Source: Octopus bimaculoides
Lineage: Eukaryota
Length of the DNA stretch: 32,469 nt
NCBI RefSeq assembly: GCF_001194135.2
Contig: NC_068995.1
Location: forward strand, 36,473,504-36,505,972
Reading direction: 5' to 3'
The translations under genes were made by a program, and so were the position numbers. Below are positions 22,118-32,469 of the stretch, piece by piece (positions within the stretch are counted from its first letter, which is position 1; each line of letters opens with the position of its first letter). The notes under the pieces were generated by a model. The model made no database searches, was not told the origin of the DNA, and worked only from the letters and a program-made list of their open reading frames with translations.

Positions 22118-22200
22118 TCACTGCACTAATCCCATGTAGCGATCGAACCGATTAATGATGGCAGTGCAGACATAAATCCAAAATCCAATTCCCAAAGAAC
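22118..22200 (-). CDS. GET1: GET1 coding exon 5 (83 nt including TGA)
   Basis: Acceptor ttggtttcag|GT; encodes (G)SLGIGFWIYVCTAIINRFDRYMGLVQ*, similar to the WRB TM3 GxGIxxWIxVC pattern. Confidence 0.92.
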
Positions 22201-25067
22201 CTGAAACCAAGAACATAATAAATAGATAAAATAAAATAAAAGAAGAAAATTCATCTTAATATTTCAGAATACATCAAAAAAAAAAAAAAAAAAAAAAAAA
22301 AGACAGACTTATTAATTCTTGGAACATAAATACAAAGGTTATCACGAGTCAGTATTATAAATTTAGATTATTTTCAGAAGTGTGTCAAGTACTATCTTTA
22401 GATTAGAATCTCTAAATATCAGCACAATGAAATTCAATTCCTTCATCATCATCAACTTTGTTTTGATGTCCACTTTTCTTTACTTGCAGAGGTTAGACAG
22501 AGTTCATTGAGGCAGATCTTGTTTGGCCTTTCCTGTCACCAACCCTCACATGCTTCCAAGAAAGGTAATATTTCCCTATGGCCAGGCATTCTTCACACAA
22601 AACTGGAAACAAGCAACACTCATTTATAACACGATGTCAAGACAAACACATACACAAACACAGGCTTCTTTCAGGTTCCATCTACTAATTCCACTCACAA
22701 GGCTTTGGCTGGATCAGGGTTAGAGTGGAAGACACTTGCACAAGATGCCACACAGTGGGATTGAACAGAAAACCACATGGTTAGGAAGCAAGTTTTATGC
22801 AATTAAAAAACTATGCCTAGCAGAGGACTGTAAATGGGAAAACAGTCAAGATACTAATTATTTGCATATTGCAAGGTTTATCTGTTGGCTTATGGTAATG
22901 TATTGAAAAAAAGTTTTTATTTCTTACCTCCAGTACCAGTGGGAAAAGCTACAACCTTTTGAAACGGGAAGAACCAAGCAGATGAAAACTGCAGCAAAGG
23001 TTGATCATAGAGTATGTAAAATAGTAGCAGCATAGTCAAAACCTGAAAATTGTCAATAGTAAAATAATGATGAGAAAAACAATCTCTAAAATTAGCTTGA
23101 GGCTAGTTAATAAAACAAGAGACGGGTGGGTAGTGACAAATCAACCCTAATTGCATCATGTCAGGTAATTAATTATTGAACCAAGGCGGTAAGCTGGTTG
23201 AATTATTAGTGCGCTGGACGAAATATTTAGCAGCAGTTTTTCTGGTTTTACATTCTGAGTTCAAATGTCACTGTGGTTGGCTTTGTCTTTCTCCTTTCAG
23301 GGTCGATAAAATAAGTACCAGTCAAACACTAGGGTCGATGTAATTGACTAGCCCACTCCCCACAAAATTTCAAGCTTAGTGCTTATAGTAGAAAAAACTT
23401 ATTTATTGATCCCAAAATGATGGCAAGAATTAACAGATCCAGTGAAATCTGAATTCAGAATGTAGAGGGACAAAAATAAACACCGTAAGGTAAGTCTTGT
23501 ATTGTAGCATTTCTGTCACCCAAGCCCAAGTGACTATAATTTGGTTTCTGGCCAGACACAGACTTATTTTTAGAGAAGGGTAACTGGAAAGTGCAAAATT
23601 CAGGAAATGGTTCTAGCTCTGGAGAATAAAATCCTGCTGAGTTTGGCTTGTCAGAAGGTTACTTCTTCCTCTATATCACTTGTAAAAATAATTGTCTTTA
23701 ATTTAGATACAATATCCAAAAACCAAGTTGCTATTTAAAAAGCATTGGTGCTGGTGCCACATAAAAAGTATTTTGCCTGACATCCTAACTATTCTGCCAG
23801 CTTGCCTTATTATTATTATTATTATTATTATTTGGGGCTGGAGCATAGTTGATTACATCAACCCCAGTACTCAACTGGTACTTATTTTCTCAACCTCAAA
23901 AGGATGAAAGGCAAAGGTGACCTCGGTAGAATTTGAACTCAGAACACAAAGACAGATGAAATACTGCTAAGCATTTTGCCTGGTGTGCTAACGATTCTGC
24001 CAGCTCACTGTAGTAGTAGTAGTGGTGGTGGTGGTGGTGGTGGTGGTGGTGTTGGTAGTAGTAGTAGTAACAATAAGAATATGGTTGATTAAATCAGTCA
24101 AAGCACTGGACTCTCACTTAGTTCATAATAACTGGAAAGAACATAATATGCTTGGATTGATTACAAAAAAGCCAATTAGATTCAGTCCTATATGAGTAAC
24201 TCGTCTCCAATAACACTACCATTTCTGAGCTCCAGTCTAAACAAAATAATCCACCTGCTGTTTCAAAATGGCAGTATTTCTAATCTTGACTTTGTACACT
24301 ATCTCTACCTTTGAGTTGGTTAATAAAATAATAAAACAAAAAGAATACTACATAGAGAAGACGGGGACCAAGTTCAGGCACTACCTCTACCTTCAGGGAT
24401 AGCCTAACTTTTAAAGGATAACCTAATGCAATTCCCAACTTGGACAGATAAGTATTTCAGAGAAAATATTGCTTTCTACTTTAAACACAAGGCCTGAATT
24501 TCTGTGGGAAAGGGGCTTTCATTGACCCTTTAGTACTCAGATTACACATCAAATGTAATGCTCATTTATTCATCATCATCATCGTTTAATGTCCGCTTTC
24601 CATGCTAGCATGGGTTGGACGATTTGACTGAGGACTGGTGAAACCAGATGGCTACACCAGGCTCCAATCTGATTTGGCAGAGTTTCTACAGCTGGATGCC
24701 CTTCCTAATGCCAACCACTCAGAGAGTTGTTTTGAATTAATTGTGCATTGCCTCATAGCTTCAAGATTTTGATGATCTGATTGTTTATTTTTAAAATGAC
24801 ATTGTAGGGTAGGTGTGAGAGGCTGGATCTGGCCAGTCTGAACATAAAACTGGTGGAATATTCTGACTGGATATAGCTGATTTAGATGATAAGGGATAAC
24901 TGGTTCTTATTTTATCAAACCCAAACAGATGAAAGGCAAAGTTGACTTCGGCAACTCCAGTACTTATTTTATCAGTCTCTTTGCTGAACTGCTAAGTTAC
25001 AAGGATGTAAACAAACCAACAAAGGTCGTCAACAGAGGGAGAGCAAATACAACTACACACACACACA

Positions 25068-25127
<60 letters not shown>

Positions 25128-28100
25128 CAATGGGCTTCTACACAGTTTCCATCTACCAATTTCACTCACAAAGCATTGGTTGGCCCAAGGCTATAGAAGA
25201 CACTTGACTAAGGTGCTGTGCAGTTGGATTGAAACCAAAAGCACATGGTTGCAAAATGACCCATGTTTTTATTCCTCTGGCATTTGTATGTGAAAGTACC
25301 AAGCAGAGATATAAACAAGTGTTAACACTGGCCAAGAAATGTCAATACAAATTCACAGAGAGGAAAAAGACAGACAAGGCAATGAAAGTATTTATTTTAG
25401 AATGAGACAAATAGAATTTCATATATATGTAAACTTTTACTAACCTGTAAAACCTTTCCTCCAAACTGGACTGCAACAGTTATTGCAGAAATCTTCTGTT
25501 TCCGTGCGTTCCCTGCAAAATGTTAAATCAGACTATACAACTTCAGAATAGTTCAATCGCTATATACTCATGGCAGATAACTGTATTTTCTGGCATACAA
25601 GTCAACATGATATATGAAGTAAACATGTTTAACCCTTTAGCATTCAGATTATTCTGCGAAGTGTAATGCTTATTTATTCAGATTGTTTTGAATCAACCAT
25701 GGATTATTTTGTAGCTTTGAGATGTGACTGCTTATTTTTAGAAGGGCATTGTAGGGTAGGTGTGAGAAGCTGTATCTGGCTGGTTTGAACATAAAACTGT
25801 TAGAATATTTTGGCTGGATATGGCCAGTTTGAATGCTAAATAGTAAAACATTCAAACATCATCACTATCTTTCCAAATTCTGCTGCATTTTACACGGAAT
25901 CTTTGGTCCTCCAAAGTTATCTTGGTGTATAAATCAACCTATCTTTTTCTGACTAAATTTCAGTCTGAAAAATTCAAATTGTCTGTTGCAAAATACAGTA
26001 ATATTACATATACATGCATACACACATAAATACATAGGCATAAACAAATTCACACATGAACACACACACACACACACACAGAGAATAAAAACCCTTTAAT
26101 AATTAGGAGAACAATAAATTCCGTCAAGGTTGACTTTGCCTTTCATCCTTTCAGAGTCAATAAAATAAGTACCAGGTGAGCACTGGGGTCGATGTAATTG
26201 ACCTACCAATCCCTTGAAATTGCTGGCCTTGTATCAAAACTTGAAAGCAATATTAGGAGAATAATAAATTTTGTTGAGGTTGACTTTACTTTTCATTCTT
26301 TTGGGGTTGATAAGATAAGTACCAGTTTTAGTATGTAGTGTTTAAATCTAAAACACAATTCATTGGGGTTGATGTAATCATCTTACCCCCTCCTCCGAAA
26401 TTGTTGGCCTTATGTCAGAATTTGAAATCAATTTTAGAAGAACAAAAGAACTGACTTTCATTTGAAAAATTTCTCATAATAAAACTAGTGAGAAATATAT
26501 ATCCAACTAATAATTACTATTTGTATAAAGATTTCAAAATTTATTCCAATTAATACTCAGAACAAATTATATTTTCTCAAATGTACAACTTTAACTGATC
26601 ATGTGATATATCATACACAATAATGAGATTGGTTGTAAGAGCATCACATAAGACTTTGTTTTTATATAATAACCAGCTTGGTAGACCTCATCTTTTACCT
26701 AGCTATATCTTCAGGATTGAACTCACTACAGCAAACTAATCAAATACTAAAATACTGACTTACAGCTAGGTAGACTTAACCAGTGAGAGTTGTATTTCAG
26801 CCTCAGACACTAAATATTGAAAAAAGATACACGGTATACCTTATTCTTCAGACATTGATGGTCCAGAACCACTTATAGTCCATACTAATTTATGTGCAGG
26901 AACTTCAAATTTCAAATCTTCATGACTGCTAGACTAGTTTACTGGTATCTTGCACAATACAGAATTGATAATCTTGTGTTGTTTATACTATGTACAGATA
27001 CTTGTATTTCATTAACTTAAGTAAATTCAATATTTGTTTCATTTAGAGTGTGACTGCCTCTATCTGTCCGAACGTTTTAATGCCCTCTATTGCGTTTTTG
27101 TTCCATTTATATCGCCTGACTGGCCTTCATGCGGGTGACACGTAAAAGCACCCACTAAACTCTCTGAGTGGTTGGTGTTAGGAAGGGCATCCAGCTGTAG
27201 AAACTCTGCCAAATCAGATTGGAGCCTGGTGTTGCCATCCGGTTTCACCAGTCCTCAGTCAAATCATCCAGCCCATGCTAGCATGGAAAGCGGATGTTAA
27301 ACGATGATGATATATACCCACATCATCAGTTTCTGATTCAGTAATCTAAAAAGTTTCATACCACCACATACAAGCTCACATCATACTTCTACTAGTCTTC
27401 AAGATTACACCATCAACCCCATCTCAAAACAAAACAATCCCAACCCTACATTTAACATTGCCAAAGCTGTAATTCCAAAGACTGGGCTGAAACAACAATA
27501 ACACGGTTGATATATAAAAATAATGTCCAGTCTTTACCTTTCTGTTTGATATCTTGACCAAGTTTATCAATCCTACGTTGCAGTTTAAAAAACCTGGCAA
27601 ATTCTTCCGACATACTGACAGTTGTTTGTTCTGTTTTCAGATCTCTTAATTCTGACCTCAAGTTGAGCTCATTTTCATCAGCCTTGAACAGAACACAACA
27701 GAGCTGGAAAAGAGAACAATAAATATATGTAATGAATTGAACATGAGATAAGACAGCAATACAAAATTGAATTAGCTGAGTCAGAAACAGGAACTAGATA
27801 GCTTACAAGATGACAGGAAAGGATCAAAGTGAATACTGAATTGAGTAGAGCAAGAGAGAATGGTACTGGACAAAATTACATTCTCACTGCATAGCACTTT
27901 GGGCAAGTGTCTACTACAACCTTAGGCTGACCAAGCCTTGTGAGTGGATATGGTAGATGGAAACTGAAAGAAGTATGTTGTGTGTGTGTGTGTGTTTGTG
28001 CCCCCTGCTTGACAACTGGTGTTGATGTGTCAAAGCTGACTCTGGTAGAATTTGAGCTCAGAACATGAAGAGTAGGAAAGAACTGGATAAAAAAATAACA

Positions 28101-31100
28101 TAATGTAAATATTTGCCAGCAATCTTCTATCTATTGCAGAACCTCCCAAAATCCCTCTGTTTTGGTCCTAAGAGGTTTGGCTGCATTGAAAGTTAAAAGG
28201 AACACCTTCATGTAATAAACCACAAACAAATGTTGGTCTTTGTATGAGAAACAAAAACTGTTGAAAAAGAAAGCTTTTAAAAGGTAAATAGAAACACTTC
28301 AATTTTTTTTTTTTTTTAGATTTCAAGAAATTAAGAAAGACTTTGAGACTAACTATATTAACATTGGTGAAGAATTAACTCAGAAATGTATCTGTAAAAA
28401 TAGGAATATCTTTAATCCTTTAGTGTTCAGATTACTCTGCCAAATATAATGATTATCTCTTCACATTGCATTACCTTATAGCTTTGAGATTTCAATGATG
28501 TGATTCTTAGAGCAATCATTGTAAGGCTGGATCCAGTCAATTTGAACATCAAGCAGGTAAAATATTCAAACCAGATAGAGCTGGTTTAAATGCTAAAGCA
28601 TTGGTTCTCAACCATTTGTTACCTATGGACCCCTTTGGTTCCTCTTTTACTAGGGTGCACCTTCACAGCCATTCGATGTTTAAAAAAGTCCTTTGATGAA
28701 CCACTAAGTTACAGGAGCATAAATATGCCAACTCCAGTTATCAAGTGGTGGTGATGGGACAAACACAGACACAAAGACACACATACATAGATATATACAT
28801 ACAAATATATATATATAAGACTTAATTTATTAAACAAAGTTCAATAAATTTCTTCAAATAAATGAAATGAAGCAGATTGGATGTTAAAATGGATAATCCT
28901 TTTATTTCATTTCATATTCCCAGACAATTGTTTGTGACAAAAGGACCAAGATTTTCATAAAGAGAACATCATAAAGGTCAAACTTGTACTCTTCAGTAGG
29001 TGAGATTTGAAGGAAAATAAAAATAAACAAAAAGATACTTAAAATATACTCTTTTACTCTTTTACTTGTTTCAATCATTTGATTGCGGCCATGTTGGAGC
29101 ACCGCCTTTATAGTCAAGCAAATTGACCCCAGAGTTTATTCTTTGTAAGCCTAGTACTTGTTCTATTGGTCTCTTTTGCCGAACCGCTAAGTTACGGGGG
29201 GCATAAACAAGCGATGCTGGAGGGACAAACAGACACACAAACATATATATATATACGATGGGCTTCTTCCAGCTTCCATCTACCAAATCCACCCACAAGG
29301 CTTTGGTCGGCCCGAGGCTATAGTAGACGACACTTGCCCAAGGTGCCACACAGTCATTACTGAACCCAGGACCATGTGGTTGGTAAGCAAGCTACTTAAC
29401 ACACAGCCACTCCTGTGCCTATATACAAAGAAATTTTTCTTAGTAGGCTTTCCTGCATGCATGGGACTCGAACCCACATCCCTTTGTTAACATGACTGTG
29501 TTACCAATTTTCTTACACCAACAACCCACTCACAATTATTCTTTTCTACTCTAGACACAAGGCCTGAAATTTTGGAGGAGGAGGCCAGTCGATTAGATCG
29601 ACCCCAGTACGCAATTGGTACTTAATTTATCGGCCCCGAAAGGATGGAAAGCAAAGTTGACCTCGGCAGAATATTGCCAACCAAACACAATCCTAGACAG
29701 TGGAATCACTCTTTACTCCTCAATGTTTTCATCACAGCTGTCTATTATCCTCCTTACTTCTTGCATGAACAAAAACTGGGAAAACATCCTGCGATAGAAA
29801 CAAATAAATGCACTAAAACAGATAGTGAACAATTTATTACTTAAAAGCTTCGCAAAGTTTGTAATTGTGTTACACCTTACAATCTCTTATAATAAACAGC
29901 ACATGAGGATTATAAATCTGTCACAGCCAAAAGTACATAGCAAAGCCTAGGACCAGAAGCTACTACAGCAATGACAACTTAACGAAAGTTCTTAACCTGC
30001 TAGAAAAGGCAGCCAAATTTTTCTCAAGTTTCATTATGCTGTCTTAAAAGAAGATATAATAAAATAAAGTTATCCTGAATGCCTTAAAAATTTTTTTAAA
30101 AAACGCTGAGATAGTCACAGTTTATATGGTTTTAGTTGTAGATCTACGGGATCAGATCGGACAGGAGCTAAATAACTTCAGCTCTGAACACTTACTGACT
30201 CCATACCAAGATATGTATACCAAGACAAAACAGCTGCTACATACATATTCTCGACTGCATTAAAAAAAGGCCTTTAAACTGACAGGTAAACACCCACTCA
30301 CTGATACACTTGCAACCATTTGCACATTCGTGTATTTCTATCGCTACCACAATGGTTCCCCGCGCCTCCAAAGCAACAAATTATGTACAACCTTTTCCTT
30401 CTCTCACCTCTATTCTTTTTCCCAAGCTCGGCATTTAATAGTAAGTATCCACCCAGAAATTCCTTTTCTGCCCACAATTTCCTTATATACATCAGACTGC
30501 CAGAAATACACATCGACCTCATTCATCAGTTCCACAACTCACACACTAATGTGGAAAAAAAAAAGTTGGTAATCGATTTTCCGCCAAATGTTCCAAACCT
30601 GTTGCCTTGTCTATATTACACAAATATTGTTTAGAGAAATATACTAATTAGCTAAGAGTATGGCTGAAACTTAGTTCAATTAAACGCAATTATCCCAACA
30701 AGGTGACGGTTTAGTAATAATAATGAATTACGCAGATGAAAGAGCAGCGTATTCTAAGGGAAGATGCACATAGGTGTTTGTCGAAGCATAAAATGTTATG
30801 CCTCCCAAACATGTTTGTGGTGGTACTTGTAGCATAATCAATTAAGAAGAGTCCATTATTGGCAGCTGGAAAACTAATAACCAATAACAGAAATCCCAAA
30901 TTAAACAGAAAAATATTTAACTGATGTTTAACAGTAACAACAGTAGTAAACTATAAGAGAATAATTGTGTCTTTTATAGCCATAAAAGTACGAAATTTTT
31001 GTAATAGAAGTAAAAAAANNNNNNNNNNNNNNNNNNNNNNNNNNNNNNNNNNNNNNNNNNNNNNNNNNNNNNNNNNNNNNNNNNNNNNNNNNNNNNNNNN

Positions 31101-31934
31101 NNNNNNNNNNNNNNNNNNNNNNNNNNNNNNNNNNNNNNNNNNNNNNNNNNNNNNNNNNNNNNNNNNNNNNNNNNNNNNNNNNNNNNNNNNNNNNNNNNNN
31201 NNNNNNNNNNNNNNNNNNNNNNNNNNNNNNNNNNNNNNNNNNNNNNNNNNNNNNNNNNNNNNNNNNNNNNNNNNNNNNNNNNNNNNNNNNNNNNNNNNNN
31301 NNNNNNNNNNNNNNNNNNNNNNNNNNNNNNNNNTTTACCTCAGACTATTTATAACACAAAAGTGATTTTGTTTCCTAGGCTTAAAGAAGTTATTCTATGC
31401 GAGAAATGAGAGATGGTCGACTGAGTAAAAATCTGTAATGTTACAGAACTAATTCTATATCTACGTTAGAATGAGATAAAGATAAAGCCGGTCATGCGTT
31501 TCGTTGTTATTATTACTTTTCTTTTTTCTTTTGAGAATAAGGATTTTTTTTAAGACAGGACAATATTAGATAGTCTGCTAAAAGAAAATAACTAAAACGA
31601 TGGACTAAAACATTAGTAGTGCATATCTATTTTTCATATAGGCACAAGATCATCTATGTATAAGTTTAAGGATAGAAGAATTGAGATTCTGTGATGTTCA
31701 TGTTTTGGCGAATGGAAGAATATAAAGAAAAAATAAGCATGTGAAAGAGGAAAACAGTTATGTAAACAAAAAAAGACAATAGTTTTACCATTGTTAGCAT
31801 TATAAGAACAGATATAGACATTGCACGGAAATAAAGGAAAATGACCAACGTACCCATCTTGAGATGACAGAACCATATTTTGGTAAATATGTCATGAAGA
31901 AAATAATACAGAGGACCAAAGTAGCGAGGAACAT
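22118..31934 (-). CDS. GET1: GET1/WRB tail-anchored protein insertion receptor, 5 coding exons: join(31854-31934, 27538-27703, 25445-25512, 22928-23042, 22118-22200), 513 nt, 170 aa
   Basis: Spliced translation: MFLATLVLCIIFFMTYLPKYGSVISRW-LCCVLFKADENELNLRSELRDLKTEQTTVSMSEEFARFFKLQRRIDKLGQDIKQK-G-NARKQKISAITVAVQFGGKVLQ-VLTMLLLFYILYDQPLLQFSSAWFFPFQKVVAFPTGTG-G-SLGIGFWIYVCTAIINRFDRYMGLVQ*. It has the WRB coiled-coil motif (SMxEEFARF.KL.R.I.K), the W..P...VAFPT motif and three hydrophobic segments. All four introns are GT-AG with phases 0,1,0,1. Confidence 0.93.
22928..23042 (-). CDS. GET1: GET1 coding exon 4 (115 nt)
   Basis: Acceptor attttcag|GTT, donor GGAG|gtaaga; encodes VLTMLLLFYILYDQPLLQFSSAWFFPFQKVVAFPTGTG. 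Confidence 0.95.
23184..23400 (+). mobile_element. SINE-like repeat, third family
   Basis: Shares CTGAGTTCAAAT...CTTTCATCCTTT...GTCGATAAAATAAGTACCAG with copies at about 17310-17525, 23830-24010 (minus), 26115-26430 (two tandem fragments) and 29540-29670 (minus). Confidence 0.7.
24583..24726 (-). mobile_element. RTE-tail retroposon 3' end (GET1 intron 3)
   Basis: Reverse complement of the shared tail, with (CAT)n at 24571. Confidence 0.85.
25445..25512 (-). CDS. GET1: GET1 coding exon 3 (68 nt)
   Basis: Acceptor ttttgcag|GG, donor CAG|gttagt; encodes (G)NARKQKISAITVAVQFGGKVLQ. Confidence 0.92.
25629..25846. mobile_element. piggyBac-type MITE
   Basis: TTAA-CCCTTTAGCATT ... AATGCTAAATAGTAA. 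Related copies lie at 28412-28598 and about 24730-24898. Confidence 0.7.
27100..27312 (+). mobile_element. RTE-tail retroposon 3' end (GET1 intron 2)
   Basis: Same tail as 12520-12718. Confidence 0.85.
27538..27703 (-). CDS. GET1: GET1 coding exon 2 (166 nt, coiled coil)
   Basis: Acceptor ttccag|CTC, donor AAAG|gtaaag; overlaps supplied ORF 27452..27661 (RSELRDLKTEQTTVSMSEEFARFFKLQRRIDKLGQDIKQK). Confidence 0.95.
28599..28690. mobile_element. Truncated hAT-type MITE (left end only)
   Basis: CATTGGTTCTCAACCATTT...ATGGACCCC, similar to the 1040 element; preceded by tgctaaag. Confidence 0.5.
29052..29420 (-). mobile_element. Full-length SINE, same family as 16809 (GET1 intron 1)
   Basis: Colinear reverse-complement match to 16809-17200. 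Confidence 0.85.
31854..31934 (-). CDS. GET1: GET1 coding exon 1 (81 nt, TM1)
   Basis: ATG in ACAATG context with an in-frame TGA upstream; encodes MFLATLVLCIIFFMTYLPKYGSVISRW; donor TGG|gtacgt, phase 0, matching exon 2. Confidence 0.8.
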
Positions 31935-32136
31935 TGTGACAAGGTTCCAGAGAAGAAAGGACGAAAGTAAAAAGAGTAACAATGTCAAGGGAGGTAATCA
32001 CGAGAACGTCTATTGAGTTGGTCAAGAGAAGACGGAGATAAATAACCATTTACTAGCAACTGGTGTTATGGAATATTGTTAATTATAAATTGAACCCCAC
32101 CATCGAATGAATGCAAACTACACCATTACACTAAAC

Positions 32137-32414
32137 CAGTGATTCGCAACGTGAGGCAATACGTCCCACCGGTGGGGGCTGGGAAAATTGTGGTAGGGCG
32201 TGGTGCCGTGATCGCCAGGCACAAGGTTCTCATTAAAATTATTCACTTCTTTTTTTCTTAATCGATTATGTACTTTTTTTGGTACTCAGTTCTTAATAGA
32301 AGAGTTATCGGTAGATTCTTTTGTATTAAATAATTGTGATAAAATATTAAAAATAAAGTTCGTTTTTTTTTTTCCCCCAATCACCGGTGGGGGGAAATAG
32401 GTTGGGAAATGCTG
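32137..32414. mobile_element. hAT-type MITE upstream of GET1
   Basis: Ends CAGTGATTCGCAAC / GTTGGGAAATGCTG; subterminal CACCGGTGGGGG occurs near both ends; flanks cactaaac / tattaaac. Confidence 0.6.
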
Positions 32415-32469
32415 TATTAAACAAATCATGAACATGTGATCGAGAAAAAGTATAAAGGAAGAGAGTGAC

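Noticed and set aside
22050-22120. TGA stop followed by an ATGA...GA segment as a possible SECIS/readthrough signal
   Set aside because: The helix pairs poorly, the apical AA is misplaced, and another in-frame TGA follows within 6 codons.

Overview
AT-rich, repeat-dense animal genomic DNA from a gapped draft assembly (4 N-runs). The SINE, RTE and microsatellite repertoire looks octopod; that assignment is my inference and was not searched. One protein-coding gene can be reconstructed with confidence. It is a 5-exon minus-strand GET1/WRB (tail-anchored protein insertion receptor, 170 aa) spanning 22118-31934, with canonical GT-AG sites and consistent phases. The rest is mostly decayed mobile DNA: two mariner elements, two 5'-truncated RTE LINE copies, several tRNA-head SINEs and RTE-tail repeats, hAT and piggyBac-type MITEs, and a fragmented Penelope-like element (PLE) region at about 9.0-13.0 kb. 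That PLE region holds the most interesting signals. One is a recognisable type I hammerhead ribozyme motif (9616-9680) just downstream of a GIY-YIG remnant. The other is a segment (11163-11223) with all hammerhead core parts in exact pairing register, but in a strand order that matches none of the circular permutations (types I/II/III). All pairings and translations were read by eye; no folding or database searches were run.
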